From an uncultured Candidatus Planktophila sp. (GTDB taxonomy: Bacteria; Actinomycetota; Actinomycetes; Nanopelagicales; Nanopelagicaceae), in NCBI GenBank assembly GCA_964401345.1, contig CAYNYE010000001.1, positions 1-39,508 on the forward strand: 39,508 nucleotides of DNA, given 5' to 3'. A model generated the notes under the pieces. That model was not told the DNA's origin. It was given only the letters and a program-made list of their open reading frames with translations, and searched no databases. Position 1 is the first letter of the stretch; every line of letters begins with the position of its first letter. This document shows positions 27,409 to 38,374 of the stretch, piece after piece. The translations under genes were made by a program, and so were the position numbers.

Positions 27409-27480
27409 GTTGATTGAATGGGTAAAAAATGACCGTGGCGAAGTTGGTAGGCGTGGCCGCAAAGGCATAAGGTTCGCGAC

Positions 27481-28296
27481 ATGCCTAAGAAGCCAGTTAA
27501 GAAAGCGGCGGTAAAGAAAGCCGTAAAAAAGGCTGCTGTAAAAAAGGCAGTGAAGAAGGCGGTTCCTGCCAAGAAGGCGGTCGCTAAGAAGGCAGCGCCT
27601 GCGAAAAAGGCTGCGCCAGCGAAGAAAGCGATTGCCAAGAAAGCAGCTCCTGTAAAGAAGGCGGCGCCAGCAAAAAAGGCGGCGGTTAAGAGCATTCCAG
27701 TTAAGAAAGCTCCAGGAAAGCCATTCCCATCAAAGACAACTCTTACAGTTGATGAAAAATCACAAACAGTTTCAGTTTCAACAATTACCGCACCAGTAGT
27801 TGCCCCAGTTGTTGAAGAGCGTCGTTTAGTAATGCCACCTCCACCGCGTCCTGTAAAGAGCGGTAAGAAGGTTGCGCCACTGAAGCCAATCAAGGTTGCT
27901 CCAACTCCAGTAGTTGTAAGTGAGAATGAATCTCCATGGACTGCAGCAGAGATCAAAGCAATTCGCACCGAGATCTCCAAGGAGCTCGATCGCCTTCGTA
28001 AAGAGCTTGCAGTTGTTGAACTTGAAATGGATGCTTTGATTCAGGAGTCTGGCGAAGGCGCTGGCGATGATCAAGCAGATGCTGGCACAAAAACCTTTGA
28101 GCGCGAACATGAGATGTCATTGGTGATCAACGCCCGCGACATGGTTTTGCAGACTGAGCGTGCTCTAGAGCGTATTGATAACAAAACTTATGGAAACTGC
28201 GAAGAGTGCGGTTCACCAATTGGAAAAGCACGTCTACAAGTTTTCCCTCGCGCAACTCTCTGCATGCTGTGCAAGCAGAAGGAAGAACGGCGCTAA
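27481..28296 (+). CDS. dksA: TraR/DksA C4-type zinc-finger protein with N-terminal Lys/Ala-rich repeats
   Basis: Coiled coil with GDDQADAG (DxxDxA tip), CEEC...CMLC zinc finger, IGKARL; N-terminal KKAA/PAKK repeats. Confidence 0.88.
   Translation: MPKKPVKKAAVKKAVKKAAVKKAVKKAVPAKKAVAKKAAPAKKAAPAKKAIAKKAAPVKKAAPAKKAAVKSIPVKKAPGKPFPSKTTLTVDEKSQTVSVSTITAPVVAPVVEERRLVMPPPPRPVKSGKKVAPLKPIKVAPTPVVVSENESPWTAAEIKAIRTEISKELDRLRKELAVVELEMDALIQESGEGAGDDQADAGTKTFEREHEMSLVINARDMVLQTERALERIDNKTYGNCEECGSPIGKARLQVFPRATLCMLCKQKEERR
27484..27720 (+). repeat. Low-complexity coding repeat (KKAV/KKAA/PAKK) at the DksA-like N-terminus
   Basis: More than a dozen degenerate KK-A units in about 80 codons, with synonymous-codon variation. 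Confidence 0.85.
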
Positions 28297-28784
28297 AGGT
28301 GCGCAGATGGCGCACACTGTTTGGTGTTGCCTGGGCGGTTTGGATTATTGATTTAGCTACCAAGATTTGGGCGGTCAACAACCTTTCATACAAATCCAAT
28401 GTCAAGGTAATTGGTGAATTCTTTCAATTAACCTTTGTACGAAATCCGGGAGCGGCCTTTTCCTTCGCTGCAGGGGCAACGATTTTTCTCTCTCTCTTTG
28501 GTTTGATCGTGATGACCGCAATTCTTTATTTTTCTCCCCAAATCACATCTCGTGGTTGGGCTGTTGTTCTGGGATTAGTCCTTGGCGGCATCCTTGGAAA
28601 CATGGTGGATCGCATATTCCGTGAACCTGGTGTGCTTCGAGGACATGTCATCGACTGGTTGCAGCTGCCTAATTGGCCGGTGTTTAACATCGCTGATACT
28701 GCAATTGTTGCGGCTGCCCTTATTTCTATGGTCTTAACCGCTAGAAATATTCCACCCATAACAAAGGTAGGCTCACAGCCATGA
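28269..28784 (+). CDS. lspA: Lipoprotein signal peptidase II
   Basis: DLATK, NPGAAFS, GNMVDR, VIDW, FNIAD; start uncertain (GTG 28269 or GTG 28299). Confidence 0.93.
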   Translation: MQAEGRTALKVRRWRTLFGVAWAVWIIDLATKIWAVNNLSYKSNVKVIGEFFQLTFVRNPGAAFSFAAGATIFLSLFGLIVMTAILYFSPQITSRGWAVVLGLVLGGILGNMVDRIFREPGVLRGHVIDWLQLPNWPVFNIADTAIVAAALISMVLTARNIPPITKVGSQP

Positions 28785-29722
28785 GCAACCGCGAAATGCG
28801 CACCCTTTCGGTGCCAGAAGGAGTCGCGGGGGAGCGAATTGATAGCGCACTTACACGCGTACTTGGCTTATCAAGAACCGCTGTTGTAAAACTTCTTGAA
28901 GATGGCGACATCACAACTGGTGGAAAAGCGATGCCAAAATCAGATCGAGTTACCGCAGGGCAGATCATCGATGTATTGATGCCAGCACCTATCAATACAG
29001 ATCCAATTCCTTTGACACCACTAGAGGGTTTGACCATTGTTTACGATGATCAAGACATCGTTGTGATTGATAAACCAATTGGCTGTGCGGCGCATCCAAG
29101 TCCAGGTTGGACAGGCCCAACAGTTGTAGGTGCTTTGATGGCCGCGGGGTATTCAATTTCAACTTCAGGTCCAGCAGAGCGCCAAGGAATTGTTCATCGA
29201 TTAGATGTTGGAACAAGTGGATTGATGATCGTTGCAAAGAGTGACAAAGCTTTCCATGTTCTTAAGGATGCATTTAGAAATCGAACCGTGGATAAGATTT
29301 ATCACGCAATGGTTCAAGGTCACATGGATCCAACAACCGGAACAATTGATGCACCGATCGATCGTCACCCCAAAGAGGATCACCGCTTTGCGGTGATGGC
29401 AACAGGTAAAGAATCCATTACGCATTACGAAGTTATTGAGTTTTATCGCGGCGTATCAATGGTCAAGATCGAACTTGAAACTGGACGTACTCACCAAATT
29501 CGCGTTCACTTTTCAGCCCTGCATCACCCGCTAGTTGGCGACACCACATATGGCGCAGATCCAGTCTTGGCTAAGAGCTTGCAGATGTCTCGACCTTGGC
29601 TTCATGCCGCCGAATTACGGTTTGCTCACCCGGTTACAGGTGAAGCGCTGAACTTCCACGCCCCATATCCAGCCGATCTCACACGTTCACTGGCGTTGCT
29701 TTCTGACGCAGTTCTGCCGTAG
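28781..29722 (+). CDS. rluD: RluA/RluD family 23S rRNA pseudouridine synthase
   Basis: S4 domain, GIVHRLDVGTSG, TGRTHQIRVH, LHA. Confidence 0.92.
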   Translation: MSNREMRTLSVPEGVAGERIDSALTRVLGLSRTAVVKLLEDGDITTGGKAMPKSDRVTAGQIIDVLMPAPINTDPIPLTPLEGLTIVYDDQDIVVIDKPIGCAAHPSPGWTGPTVVGALMAAGYSISTSGPAERQGIVHRLDVGTSGLMIVAKSDKAFHVLKDAFRNRTVDKIYHAMVQGHMDPTTGTIDAPIDRHPKEDHRFAVMATGKESITHYEVIEFYRGVSMVKIELETGRTHQIRVHFSALHHPLVGDTTYGADPVLAKSLQMSRPWLHAAELRFAHPVTGEALNFHAPYPADLTRSLALLSDAVLP

Positions 29723-29740
29723 CCACTAATCTCGCCAATC

Positions 29741-32700
29741 ATGTCCACTGAGAATTTCGTCCACCTGCACGTCCATACTGAGTATTCAATGCTCGATGGC
29801 GCTGCTCGTGTCGGCGATTTAATGTCCGAGGTTAAAGCCCAAGGCATGCCCGCTATTGCGATGACAGATCACGGTAATGTTTTCGGCGCTTTTGATTTTT
29901 ATAAAGCCGCCAAGAAGGCTGATGTAAAGCCAATTATTGGAATCGAAGCCTATGTCGCACCAGAGTCACGTTTTGATAAGAAGCGAGTTCAGTGGGCAGA
30001 TGGTGGCGAGGATGATGTTTCGGGTGGTGGCGCTTATACCCACATGACAATCCTTGCTGAAAATAATGAGGGTTTAGGAAATCTCTTTAGATTGTCATCT
30101 CTTGCATCTCTTGAAGGGTATTACTACAAGCCACGCATGGATCGTGAATTGTTGGCGCAGTACTCCAAAGGATTGATCGCAACAACAGGATGTCCTGGTG
30201 GTGAAATTCAAACCCGTTTGCGAATGGGTGCATATAAAGAGGCGATCAAAGCGGCAAGTGCATACCGCGATATTTTCGGTAAAGAAAACTTTTTCCTTGA
30301 AGTCATGGACCACGGAATTGAGATCGAATCTCGAGTAAAAGCAGATTTGATGAAGCTTGGCAAAGAGCTTGGTTTACCTTTGCTTGCTACCAATGATCTT
30401 CACTACACACGTCAAGAGGATGCTGGTGCGCATGAAGCGCTGCTCTGCGTGCAATCTGGTTCTACTTTGGCAGATCCCAAGAGATTTAAGTTTGATAATG
30501 ACACTTTCTATGTAAAGACCGCTGCGCAGATGCGCGAACTCTTCAAAGACATTCCCGAAAGCTGTGACAACACCTTGCTGATTGCAGAGCGTTGCAATAT
30601 CACCTTGCGCGAAGGCGAAAATCTCCTTCCTCAATTTGAGGTGCCTGCAGGCGAAACCGAGGATTCTTGGTTGAAAAAAGAGGCAGAGCGTGGACTTAAA
30701 GAACGATTAGGTTCTCGGTTGACTCCCGCACATGAAGAACGCCTTAAGTATGAACTCGGCGTTATGGAGAAGATGGGATTTCCAGGTTACTTCCTTGTAG
30801 TTGCCGACCTCGTGGGTCATGCAAAGAAGGTTGGAATCCGTGTGGGTCCCGGTCGAGGCTCCGCCGCTGGTTCTTTAGTTGCTTACGCACTGGGAATCAC
30901 TGGTTTAGATCCACTCGAGCATGGTCTTTTGTTTGAGCGCTTCCTTAATCCAGAACGTATTTCTATGCCTGATATCGATCTGGACTTTGATGAACGTCGT
31001 CGAAGCGAAATGATTCGTTATGCAACCAACAAGTATGGCGAAGACCGGGTTGCTCAGATCATCACCTACGGAACAATTAAATCTAAGCAAGCGATCAAAG
31101 ACTCAACCCGCGTGCTTGGCTATCCATACGTTGTTGGAGAGAAGCTAACCAAAGCACTTCCTCCATCGGTAATGGGTAAAGATATTTCACTTGGTGGAGT
31201 ATTTGATCCGAAGGATGATCGTTATGGTGAAGCGGGCGAATTCCGCGCTTTGTATAACGCAGATCCAGATTCAAAGCGTGTAGTCGACACCGCGCGTGGT
31301 CTTGAAGGTTTGAAGCGCCAGTGGGGAGTCCACGCAGCGGGTGTGATTCTTTCACGCGAACCTTTGCTGGATGTTATTCCAATTCATCGTCGCGAAGCAG
31401 ATGGAGCGATCATCACTCAGTTTGATATGGGTGCATGCGAGGCAACTGGCTTGTTGAAAATGGATTTCTTGGGGCTGCGAAATCTTTCTGTTTTGGATGA
31501 TTGCTTGCTCAACATCAAAGCTAATCAAGGCAAAGATGTTGTTCTAGAGGATTTAACTCTTGATGATCCAAAGACATATGAACTTCTGGGTCGTGGCGAT
31601 ACCTTGGGTGTTTTCCAGCTCGATGGTGGACCAATGCGTGCACTACTCAAGAGCATGGCTCCTGACTCATTCGAGGATATTTCTGCGGTTATTGCTCTGT
31701 ATCGACCAGGACCGATGGGCGAGAACGCACACAACAACTATGCAGATCGAAAGAATGGTCGCAAACCTGTTGAACCAATTCATCCAGAACTTTCTGAGCC
31801 GCTCAATGAAATCTTGGGCGACACCTACGGCTTAATCGTGTATCAGGAACAAGTAATGGCGATTGCGCAAAAGGTTGCGGGCTTTACTTTGGGTCGCGCA
31901 GATCTCTTGCGTAAGGCAATGGGTAAGAAGAACAAGGATATTCTGGATAAAGAGTATGTTCCCTTCGAAGCGGGAATGAAGGAAAATGGTTTCTCAACCG
32001 CTGCAATTAAGCGACTCTGGGAAGTTTTGATTCCATTCTCTGATTACGCTTTCAACCGCGCGCACTCTGCTGGATATGGTGTTGTTTCATATTGGACCGC
32101 ATATCTCAAGGCCAATTATCCAACTGAGTACATGGCCGCGCTGCTGACATCTGTCCGCGATGATAAAGACAAATCAGCCTTGTACTTATCTGAATGTCGT
32201 CGCATGGGTATCAAGGTCTTGCCACCAGATGTCAATGAATCTGATGCTGAGTACACACCACGAGGTGCAGATATTCGATTTGGGTTAGCTGCTATTAGAA
32301 ATGTGGGCGAAGGTGTTGTCGCCTCCATTAAGAGCGCACGTGATTCCAAGGGTCGCTACACATCATTCGGAGATTTCTTGGCCAAGGTCGATGCACAGGT
32401 GTGCAACAAGAAGACCATTGAATCTTTAATCAAAGCTGGAGCTTTTGGCTCTTTGGGATCTACTCGCAAGGGTTTGATCGCAGTTCACCTAGAAGCTATT
32501 GATTCGGTGATTGAATCAAAGCGCGCAGAAGCGATCGGACAGTTTGATCTCTTTGGTGGCGAGTCTGTCACTGCGGTGTCGGGCTTGGATATTGAAGTTC
32601 CAACAGGTGAATGGGATAAAGCGATGCTGCTTTCCTATGAACGCGAGATGTTGGGTTTGTATGTGTCAGACCACCCATTGCTTGGCGTTGAACATGTCTT

Positions 32701-33238
32701 ACGTGCAAACACAGATATGTCGATTAGCCAGCTGGTTGATGATGGCGCACAACACGAATCCATCGTGACTATTGGCGGTTTGATTACAAGTGTTACACGT
32801 AAGGTTTCTCGTCAAGGAGCATCATGGGCTGTAGTAACTGTCGAAGATCTCGAAGGCGCACTTGAAGTTCTCTTCTTCGCAAATACTTATAACCAGTATT
32901 CGATGTCACTGACTGAAGACCGTATTGTTACAATCAGAGGACGAGTAGATCGCCGTGAAGATGCTCTGCGCTTCACCGCACTTGAAATGTCGATGCCAGA
33001 TATCAACGCTGGACCTACAGGTCCACTGGTGATTTCACTTCCTATTCAGCAGTGCACACCGCCAGTGGTAGATCGCATTAAAGAGATCTTGCGCTCACAC
33101 CCCGGAAAACGTGAAGTGCATTTACAGCTCTTGGATAATGGAACCAGTACCGTCATGAAGGTAGATGCTTTGATCACATCATCGCCAAGTTTGAGCGCTG
33201 ATTTGAAATCAATTTTGGGGCCTAACTGCCTGGCATAA
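29741..33238 (+). CDS. dnaE: Replicative DNA polymerase III alpha subunit (DnaE1)
   Basis: Intact PHP motifs HLHVHTEYS, TDHG, TNDLHY; GRGSAAGS, PDIDLDF, KMDFLGL; QFDLF clamp motif; OB fold. Confidence 0.97.
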   Translation: MSTENFVHLHVHTEYSMLDGAARVGDLMSEVKAQGMPAIAMTDHGNVFGAFDFYKAAKKADVKPIIGIEAYVAPESRFDKKRVQWADGGEDDVSGGGAYTHMTILAENNEGLGNLFRLSSLASLEGYYYKPRMDRELLAQYSKGLIATTGCPGGEIQTRLRMGAYKEAIKAASAYRDIFGKENFFLEVMDHGIEIESRVKADLMKLGKELGLPLLATNDLHYTRQEDAGAHEALLCVQSGSTLADPKRFKFDNDTFYVKTAAQMRELFKDIPESCDNTLLIAERCNITLREGENLLPQFEVPAGETEDSWLKKEAERGLKERLGSRLTPAHEERLKYELGVMEKMGFPGYFLVVADLVGHAKKVGIRVGPGRGSAAGSLVAYALGITGLDPLEHGLLFERFLNPERISMPDIDLDFDERRRSEMIRYATNKYGEDRVAQIITYGTIKSKQAIKDSTRVLGYPYVVGEKLTKALPPSVMGKDISLGGVFDPKDDRYGEAGEFRALYNADPDSKRVVDTARGLEGLKRQWGVHAAGVILSREPLLDVIPIHRREADGAIITQFDMGACEATGLLKMDFLGLRNLSVLDDCLLNIKANQGKDVVLEDLTLDDPKTYELLGRGDTLGVFQLDGGPMRALLKSMAPDSFEDISAVIALYRPGPMGENAHNNYADRKNGRKPVEPIHPELSEPLNEILGDTYGLIVYQEQVMAIAQKVAGFTLGRADLLRKAMGKKNKDILDKEYVPFEAGMKENGFSTAAIKRLWEVLIPFSDYAFNRAHSAGYGVVSYWTAYLKANYPTEYMAALLTSVRDDKDKSALYLSECRRMGIKVLPPDVNESDAEYTPRGADIRFGLAAIRNVGEGVVASIKSARDSKGRYTSFGDFLAKVDAQVCNKKTIESLIKAGAFGSLGSTRKGLIAVHLEAIDSVIESKRAEAIGQFDLFGGESVTAVSGLDIEVPTGEWDKAMLLSYEREMLGLYVSDHPLLGVEHVLRANTDMSISQLVDDGAQHESIVTIGGLITSVTRKVSRQGASWAVVTVEDLEGALEVLFFANTYNQYSMSLTEDRIVTIRGRVDRREDALRFTALEMSMPDINAGPTGPLVISLPIQQCTPPVVDRIKEILRSHPGKREVHLQLLDNGTSTVMKVDALITSSPSLSADLKSILGPNCLA

Positions 33239-33280
33239 ATTAAAGGGCGAGGAACACCGCCTTGCCGATACAATTGCCCA

Positions 33281-34588
33281 ATGATTCGTACCGTAGACCT
33301 TCGCGGACGATCCCTGTCTAAAGCGCAATACAACGCTGAACTCCCACGAGCAACGCTCAACGTTGCCGATGCAATGGTTTTAATCGAGCCAATTCTGGAA
33401 AGAGTGAAGAAGGGCACGGAAGCCGATCTCATTTCACTGGCCCAAGAGTTTGATGGAGTAAAGCCACCAAGTATTCGAGTGCCTCAAACCGCTTTAGCTG
33501 CGGCGCTGGCACAACTAGATCCAGCCATCCGTGCCGCCTTAGAGCTTTCAATAACTCGTATTACAAAGGTCCACCAAGATCAGTTGCGCAGTGACACCAC
33601 AACAACTGTTGTAGATGGCGGAACGGTTACCGAAAAGTGGATTCCAGTTGATCGTGTGGGCTTGTATGTTCCAGGAGGACGTGCGGTTTACCCAAGCAGT
33701 GTGATGATGAATGTCATCCCTGCACAAATTGCACAGGTGAAATCAATTGCCGTTGCATCTCCACCACAAAAAGATTTTGATGGATTGCCACACCCAACAA
33801 TTCTTGCAACATGTGCCTTGCTCGGAATCACTGAGGTGTATGCCGTAGGGGGAGCGCAAGCGATTGCTCTCTTTGCCTATGGCATGGAAGGTGTTTGCGA
33901 AAAAGCTGACTTAGTGACCGGACCTGGAAACATTTACGTCGCAGCAGCTAAGCGCGCGCTCCGTGGAATTATCGGTATCGATTCAGAGGCGGGACCAACT
34001 GAGATTGCGGTCTTGGCCGACTCATCAGCGATCGCTGCAGATGTTGCTGCGGATCTGATTAGCCAAGCAGAACACGATGTTATTGCTGCAGCTGTACTTG
34101 TAACCGATTCACCAGAGTTAGCCAAGGCGGTTGAAGTTGAGCTCACCCATCGTGTTGCAAAAACCAAGCATTCTGATCGAATCAAGACCGCGCTGAGCGG
34201 GGTTCAATCTGCGATTGCGTTAGTTGATGACATCGCACAAGGCTTGGATGTTGTTAACGCATATGCGGCAGAACACCTCGAAATTCAAACCCGTAATTCG
34301 CGAAGTGATGCAGAAGAGATCCGAAACGCAGGTGCAGTATTTATCGGAAGATTCTCACCTGTTTCATTGGGCGATTACTCAGCAGGATCAAACCACGTAC
34401 TTCCAACTGGTGGTTGCGCATGCCACTCCAGCGGTTTATCGGTGCAGACTTTCTTGCGTGGTTTGCACTTTATTGAGTACGGCCAAAAGGCTTTCACCGA
34501 CATTGTTGACACCGTTGTCACTCTTGCAAACTCTGAGGATTTACCTGCTCACGGTGAAGCGATGACTGTTCGCTTGGAGAATCTGTAA
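33281..34588 (+). CDS. hisD: Histidinol dehydrogenase
   Basis: [42 protein letters not shown]. Confidence 0.97.
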   Translation: MIRTVDLRGRSLSKAQYNAELPRATLNVADAMVLIEPILERVKKGTEADLISLAQEFDGVKPPSIRVPQTALAAALAQLDPAIRAALELSITRITKVHQDQLRSDTTTTVVDGGTVTEKWIPVDRVGLYVPGGRAVYPSSVMMNVIPAQIAQVKSIAVASPPQKDFDGLPHPTILATCALLGITEVYAVGGAQAIALFAYGMEGVCEKADLVTGPGNIYVAAAKRALRGIIGIDSEAGPTEIAVLADSSAIAADVAADLISQAEHDVIAAAVLVTDSPELAKAVEVELTHRVAKTKHSDRIKTALSGVQSAIALVDDIAQGLDVVNAYAAEHLEIQTRNSRSDAEEIRNAGAVFIGRFSPVSLGDYSAGSNHVLPTGGCACHSSGLSVQTFLRGLHFIEYGQKAFTDIVDTVVTLANSEDLPAHGEAMTVRLENL

Positions 34589-35673
34589 TGGCGTGGCCAA
34601 GTTGGCTGCCTCTGCGTGAGAGTTTACGACCGCTCTCACCATATGGCGCTCCACAAGTTCCAGCACGCGCATCTTTGAACACCAATGAAAACCCTTACCC
34701 GCCATCAATTGGTTTACAAAAAGCGATCACCGATGCAATTTCAGCGGTAGCTGCAGATTTGAATCGTTACCCGGATCGCGATGCAACTAAGCTGCGCACG
34801 CAGTTAGCCACTTACATCAATGAGCAAAGCGGTACTAAGTTTTCAGTAGAAAATATCTGGGCGGCCAACGGCTCAAATGAAATCATTCAATCGATCTTCT
34901 TGGCATTTGCTCAAGGCTCTGTCTTGGGCTTTACCCCTTCATATTCAATGCATCCAATAATTGCAAAGACAACTGGAGCGCAATGGATCGATGGAAAACG
35001 TAACCCAGATTTCTCTCTCAATACCGCTGATGCTGTTTCAGAGATTCTCAAGCACAAACCAACCTTGACCTTTATAACAACACCTAACAATCCAACGGGT
35101 GGTGCGGTGACAATTGATGCAATTCAAATTTTGGCCGATGCTGCAAAAACAGTTGGTGGCTTGCTCGTCGTTGATGAGGCCTATGCTGAGTTTTCACAGG
35201 AGATCTCAGCGGTCACATTGATCACCAATAATCCTCACGTAATTGTTATCCGAACAATGAGCAAGGCCTTCGCTTTCGCCGGAGCTCGTGTCGGCTACTT
35301 GGTAAGCGATCAAGCGGTTAAAGATGCGATGATGATTGTTCGTTTGCCGTACCACTTGAGCGCACTCACTCAAGCTGCAGCTCAAGTTGCGATTGATCAT
35401 CGCTCCGAATTATTGGCAGGGGTTTCAACCCTTATTGCTGCGCGCGAGGCCATAGTCACTGAGCTTCACACCATGGGATTAACCACGATTCCAAGTAGCG
35501 CCAACTTCATTCTCTTCACAGGTTTTAAGCAGGAAGCGCCACAACTGTGGTCTGCCATGCTTGAAAAGGGTGTTCTGATTAGAGATGTGGGATTATCAGG
35601 GTACTTAAGAGTCACCATTGGCAATGAAGCCGAGAATCAATTGTTTATTTCAGCCCTCAAAGAGCTCATTTAA
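34588..35673 (+). CDS. hisC: Histidinol-phosphate aminotransferase
   Basis: LNTNENP, NRYPD, PNNPTG, DEAY, RTMSKAF. Confidence 0.96.
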   Translation: MAWPSWLPLRESLRPLSPYGAPQVPARASLNTNENPYPPSIGLQKAITDAISAVAADLNRYPDRDATKLRTQLATYINEQSGTKFSVENIWAANGSNEIIQSIFLAFAQGSVLGFTPSYSMHPIIAKTTGAQWIDGKRNPDFSLNTADAVSEILKHKPTLTFITTPNNPTGGAVTIDAIQILADAAKTVGGLLVVDEAYAEFSQEISAVTLITNNPHVIVIRTMSKAFAFAGARVGYLVSDQAVKDAMMIVRLPYHLSALTQAAAQVAIDHRSELLAGVSTLIAAREAIVTELHTMGLTTIPSSANFILFTGFKQEAPQLWSAMLEKGVLIRDVGLSGYLRVTIGNEAENQLFISALKELI

Positions 35674-35684
35674 AGGAGATACCC

Positions 35685-36269
35685 ATGAGAACAGCACGCG
35701 TCGAAAGAAAGACTAAAGAGTCGCATGTACTCGTTGAGATCAATTTAGATGGACAGGGCATCATCGATGTTGCTACAGGGGTTCCATTCTTTGATCACAT
35801 GATGTCTCAATTGGGCAAGCACTCTGGTTTTGATTTAACGGTAAAGACAACTGGTGATGTTGATGTTGACTCGCACCACACAGTCGAAGATACCTCTTTA
35901 GCTTTTGGTCAAGCACTGCGCGAAGCGTTGGGGGATAAGGCGGGCATTCGTCGCTTTGGTGACTCGATGGTTCCCTTGGATGAGGTTCTTGTTCAAGCGG
36001 CGGTAGATCTTTCAGGTCGTCCCTACCTTGTCCACCGTCAGCCAGAGATCGTTGAACTTATTGGAACCTTTGATACGACACTTGGAAAGCACATCTGGGA
36101 ATCAATCGTTGCCGAGGCACGCATCGCGCTACATATTCGCGTTTTAGAAGGTCGCAACGCGCACCACGTATTTGAAGCACAGTTCAAGGCTGTTGCTCGC
36201 GCATTGCGTGATGCAGTCTCTCTTGATGGAAGAGTTGCAGGAATCCCATCGACTAAAGGTTCTCTTTGA
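35685..36269 (+). CDS. hisB: Imidazoleglycerol-phosphate dehydratase
   Basis: FFDHM, DSHHTVED, NAHH, PSTKG; AAGGAG SD. Confidence 0.97.
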   Translation: MRTARVERKTKESHVLVEINLDGQGIIDVATGVPFFDHMMSQLGKHSGFDLTVKTTGDVDVDSHHTVEDTSLAFGQALREALGDKAGIRRFGDSMVPLDEVLVQAAVDLSGRPYLVHRQPEIVELIGTFDTTLGKHIWESIVAEARIALHIRVLEGRNAHHVFEAQFKAVARALRDAVSLDGRVAGIPSTKGSL

Positions 36270-36868
36270 TAGCCATTCTTGATTACGGCTCTGGAAATCT
36301 TCGATCTGCAGAGCGGGCTTTTGCAACCGCAGGAAAAGATGTTGTTGTTACATCGGATCGTTCTATTGCCTTAGAAGCAGAGGGTTTGGTTGTTCCTGGT
36401 GTTGGAGCTTTTGCTGCATGCATGAATGGATTAAATGCGATTGATGGTGCCTCAATAGTTCGTGAACGTCTTGTAAAAGAGAGACCAACTTTAGGCATCT
36501 GCATTGGAATGCAAATTATGTTTAGCGAAGGAACTGAACATGCAGAAACTGGTTCACATGCCGGTATTGGTGTTTGGGACGGAGTTGTTTCACAGTTAGC
36601 TGCGCCGATCTTGCCGCACATGGGTTGGAACACAGTTGAAAGTGATTCTGCTTCTGTTTTATTCAAAGGGGTCGAAACTGAGTCCTTTTACTTTGTGCAC
36701 TCATATGCTGCAAAGAATGCTGTCGGAAAAACACAGGCGTGGAGCACTCATGGCGAGAAATTCCTAGCTGCGGTCGAAGATGGTTATGTCAGCGCCACAC
36801 AGTTTCACCCAGAAAAATCCGGAGCTGCAGGGTTGGCATTGATTAAGAATTGGGTGGGATCGCTATGA
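36266..36868 (+). CDS. hisH: Imidazole glycerol phosphate synthase glutaminase subunit
   Basis: DYGSGN, PGVG, GICIGMQ, PHMGWN, YFVHSY, QFHPEKS; TTG start overlapping the hisB stop. Confidence 0.96.
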   Translation: MIAILDYGSGNLRSAERAFATAGKDVVVTSDRSIALEAEGLVVPGVGAFAACMNGLNAIDGASIVRERLVKERPTLGICIGMQIMFSEGTEHAETGSHAGIGVWDGVVSQLAAPILPHMGWNTVESDSASVLFKGVETESFYFVHSYAAKNAVGKTQAWSTHGEKFLAAVEDGYVSATQFHPEKSGAAGLALIKNWVGSL

Positions 36869-37590
36869 GTTATCTAGAACTATTACCAGCGGTTGATGTG
36901 AAGGATGGCCGCGCGGTTCGATTGGTTCAGGGCGAGCTTGATAAAGAAAGTGTTTATGGCGCTCCGCTTGATGTGGCGCTCGAATTTCAAGCTGCAGGAG
37001 CTGAATGGCTACACCTGGTAGATCTTGATGCAGCATTCGGTCGTGGCGAAAACTCTGCATTGTTAGCAGAGGTTGTTGGAAAGTTAGATATCAAAGTAGA
37101 ACTTTCAGGTGGAATTCGCGATGATGAATCTTTGCGACGCGCTCTTGCTACAGGGTGTCGCCGAGTTAATTTAGGAACTGCAGCGTTAGAAGATCCCGAA
37201 TGGACCGCACGTGTAATTGCAGAACATGGCGATCGAATCGCTGTCGGTCTTGATGTTCGAGGTCATACCTTGGCCGCCCGCGGTTGGACTAAGGAGGGTG
37301 GAGATTTATTTGAAACCTTGCAACGTTTAGATCGCGATGGTTGTGCACGATATGTTGTTACAGATGTAGCTAAGGATGGAACCTTGGCTGGCCCAAATAT
37401 TGAGCTACTGAAATCGGTATGTGCCGCAACAAACAAACCAGTAATCGCTAGCGGTGGAATCTCTTCTTTAGATGACATTGCCGCTCTTGCTGCTCTTCGC
37501 AGCACAGGTGTTGAAGGAGCGATCGTTGGAAAAGCTTTATATGCAGGAAAGTTCACTTTGGAGGAAGCGTTAAAGGTCAGCGGTAAATGA
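36865..37590 (+). CDS. priA: Bifunctional HisA/TrpF phosphoribosyl isomerase PriA
   Basis: [36 protein letters not shown]; ATG at 36865 overlaps the hisH stop (ATGA). Confidence 0.92.
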   Translation: MSYLELLPAVDVKDGRAVRLVQGELDKESVYGAPLDVALEFQAAGAEWLHLVDLDAAFGRGENSALLAEVVGKLDIKVELSGGIRDDESLRRALATGCRRVNLGTAALEDPEWTARVIAEHGDRIAVGLDVRGHTLAARGWTKEGGDLFETLQRLDRDGCARYVVTDVAKDGTLAGPNIELLKSVCAATNKPVIASGGISSLDDIAALAALRSTGVEGAIVGKALYAGKFTLEEALKVSGK

Positions 37591-38357
37591 CACTATCGGT
37601 CCGAATAATCCCTTGTTTAGATGTCACCGATGGTCGGGTAGTTAAGGGTGTTAATTTCACAGATTTAGTTGATGCTGGCGATCCAGTTGAAATGGCATCG
37701 TTGTACAACACTGAAGGTGCAGATGAGTTAACTTTCTTAGACATTTCAGCAAGTGTTGCTGGTCGTGAAACAACCCTTGATGTTGTTCGACGAACTGCAG
37801 AGCAAGTGTTTATTCCGCTAACAGTTGGTGGTGGCATTAGATCGGTTGAGGATGTCGATCGTTTGCTGCGTGCAGGTGCTGACAAGGTTTCGATCAATAC
37901 ATCCGCGTTAGCTCGTCCCCAATTGATCGCTGAAATCGCTGATCGCTTTGGTTCGCAGGTATTGGTTCTTTCAGTAGATGCTCGACGTGCGCGGACTGAA
38001 TCAGGGTTTGAAGTAACAACACATGGTGGCCGCCAAAGCGCCGGAGTTGATGCACTTGCTTGGGTTGAACAGGCATGTGCTTTAGGTGTTGGCGAGATTC
38101 TTCTTAACTCAATGGATGCCGACGGAACCCGGGCTGGATATGACATCGGAATGATTACCGCCGTTCGCGCAGTATCTAAGGTTCCTTTGATCGCCAGTGG
38201 AGGAGCGGGAGCACTTGAAGATTTCTCCGCCGCTTTGGATGCTGGGGCGGATGCTTTGCTGGCGGCAAGTGTTTTTCACTTCGGAGTCCATCGAATCGGA
38301 GATGTGAAAAGGTATCTGGGCAAGCACAATTATCCAGTGCGCGCCGTGACCGCCTAG
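37587..38357 (+). CDS. hisF: Imidazole glycerol phosphate synthase cyclase subunit
   Basis: [39 protein letters not shown]. Confidence 0.97.
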   Translation: MTLSVRIIPCLDVTDGRVVKGVNFTDLVDAGDPVEMASLYNTEGADELTFLDISASVAGRETTLDVVRRTAEQVFIPLTVGGGIRSVEDVDRLLRAGADKVSINTSALARPQLIAEIADRFGSQVLVLSVDARRARTESGFEVTTHGGRQSAGVDALAWVEQACALGVGEILLNSMDADGTRAGYDIGMITAVRAVSKVPLIASGGAGALEDFSAALDAGADALLAASVFHFGVHRIGDVKRYLGKHNYPVRAVTA

Positions 38358-38374
38358 TAAGGCAGAATAAGCAC

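Noticed and set aside
27180-27980. 266-aa minus-strand ORF rich in FFAGAA repeats
   Set aside because: Antisense shadow of the Lys/Ala repeat of the DksA-like gene; it also runs through the ileS promoter and T-box
29741-33238. Intein or split in dnaE; dnaE/dnaE2 as a recent duplication
   Set aside because: Both are continuous ORFs of normal length with no intein motifs seen, and they are highly divergent paralogs
33243-33263. Weak hairpin between dnaE and hisD as a terminator or his attenuator
   Set aside because: Short imperfect stem, no U tract, no His-codon leader peptide; hisD looks leaderless
37577-38146. 189-aa antisense ORF over hisF and the many other short antisense or alternate-frame ORFs in the track
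   Set aside because: Shadows of well-conserved genes, with no recognisable motifs or initiation signals
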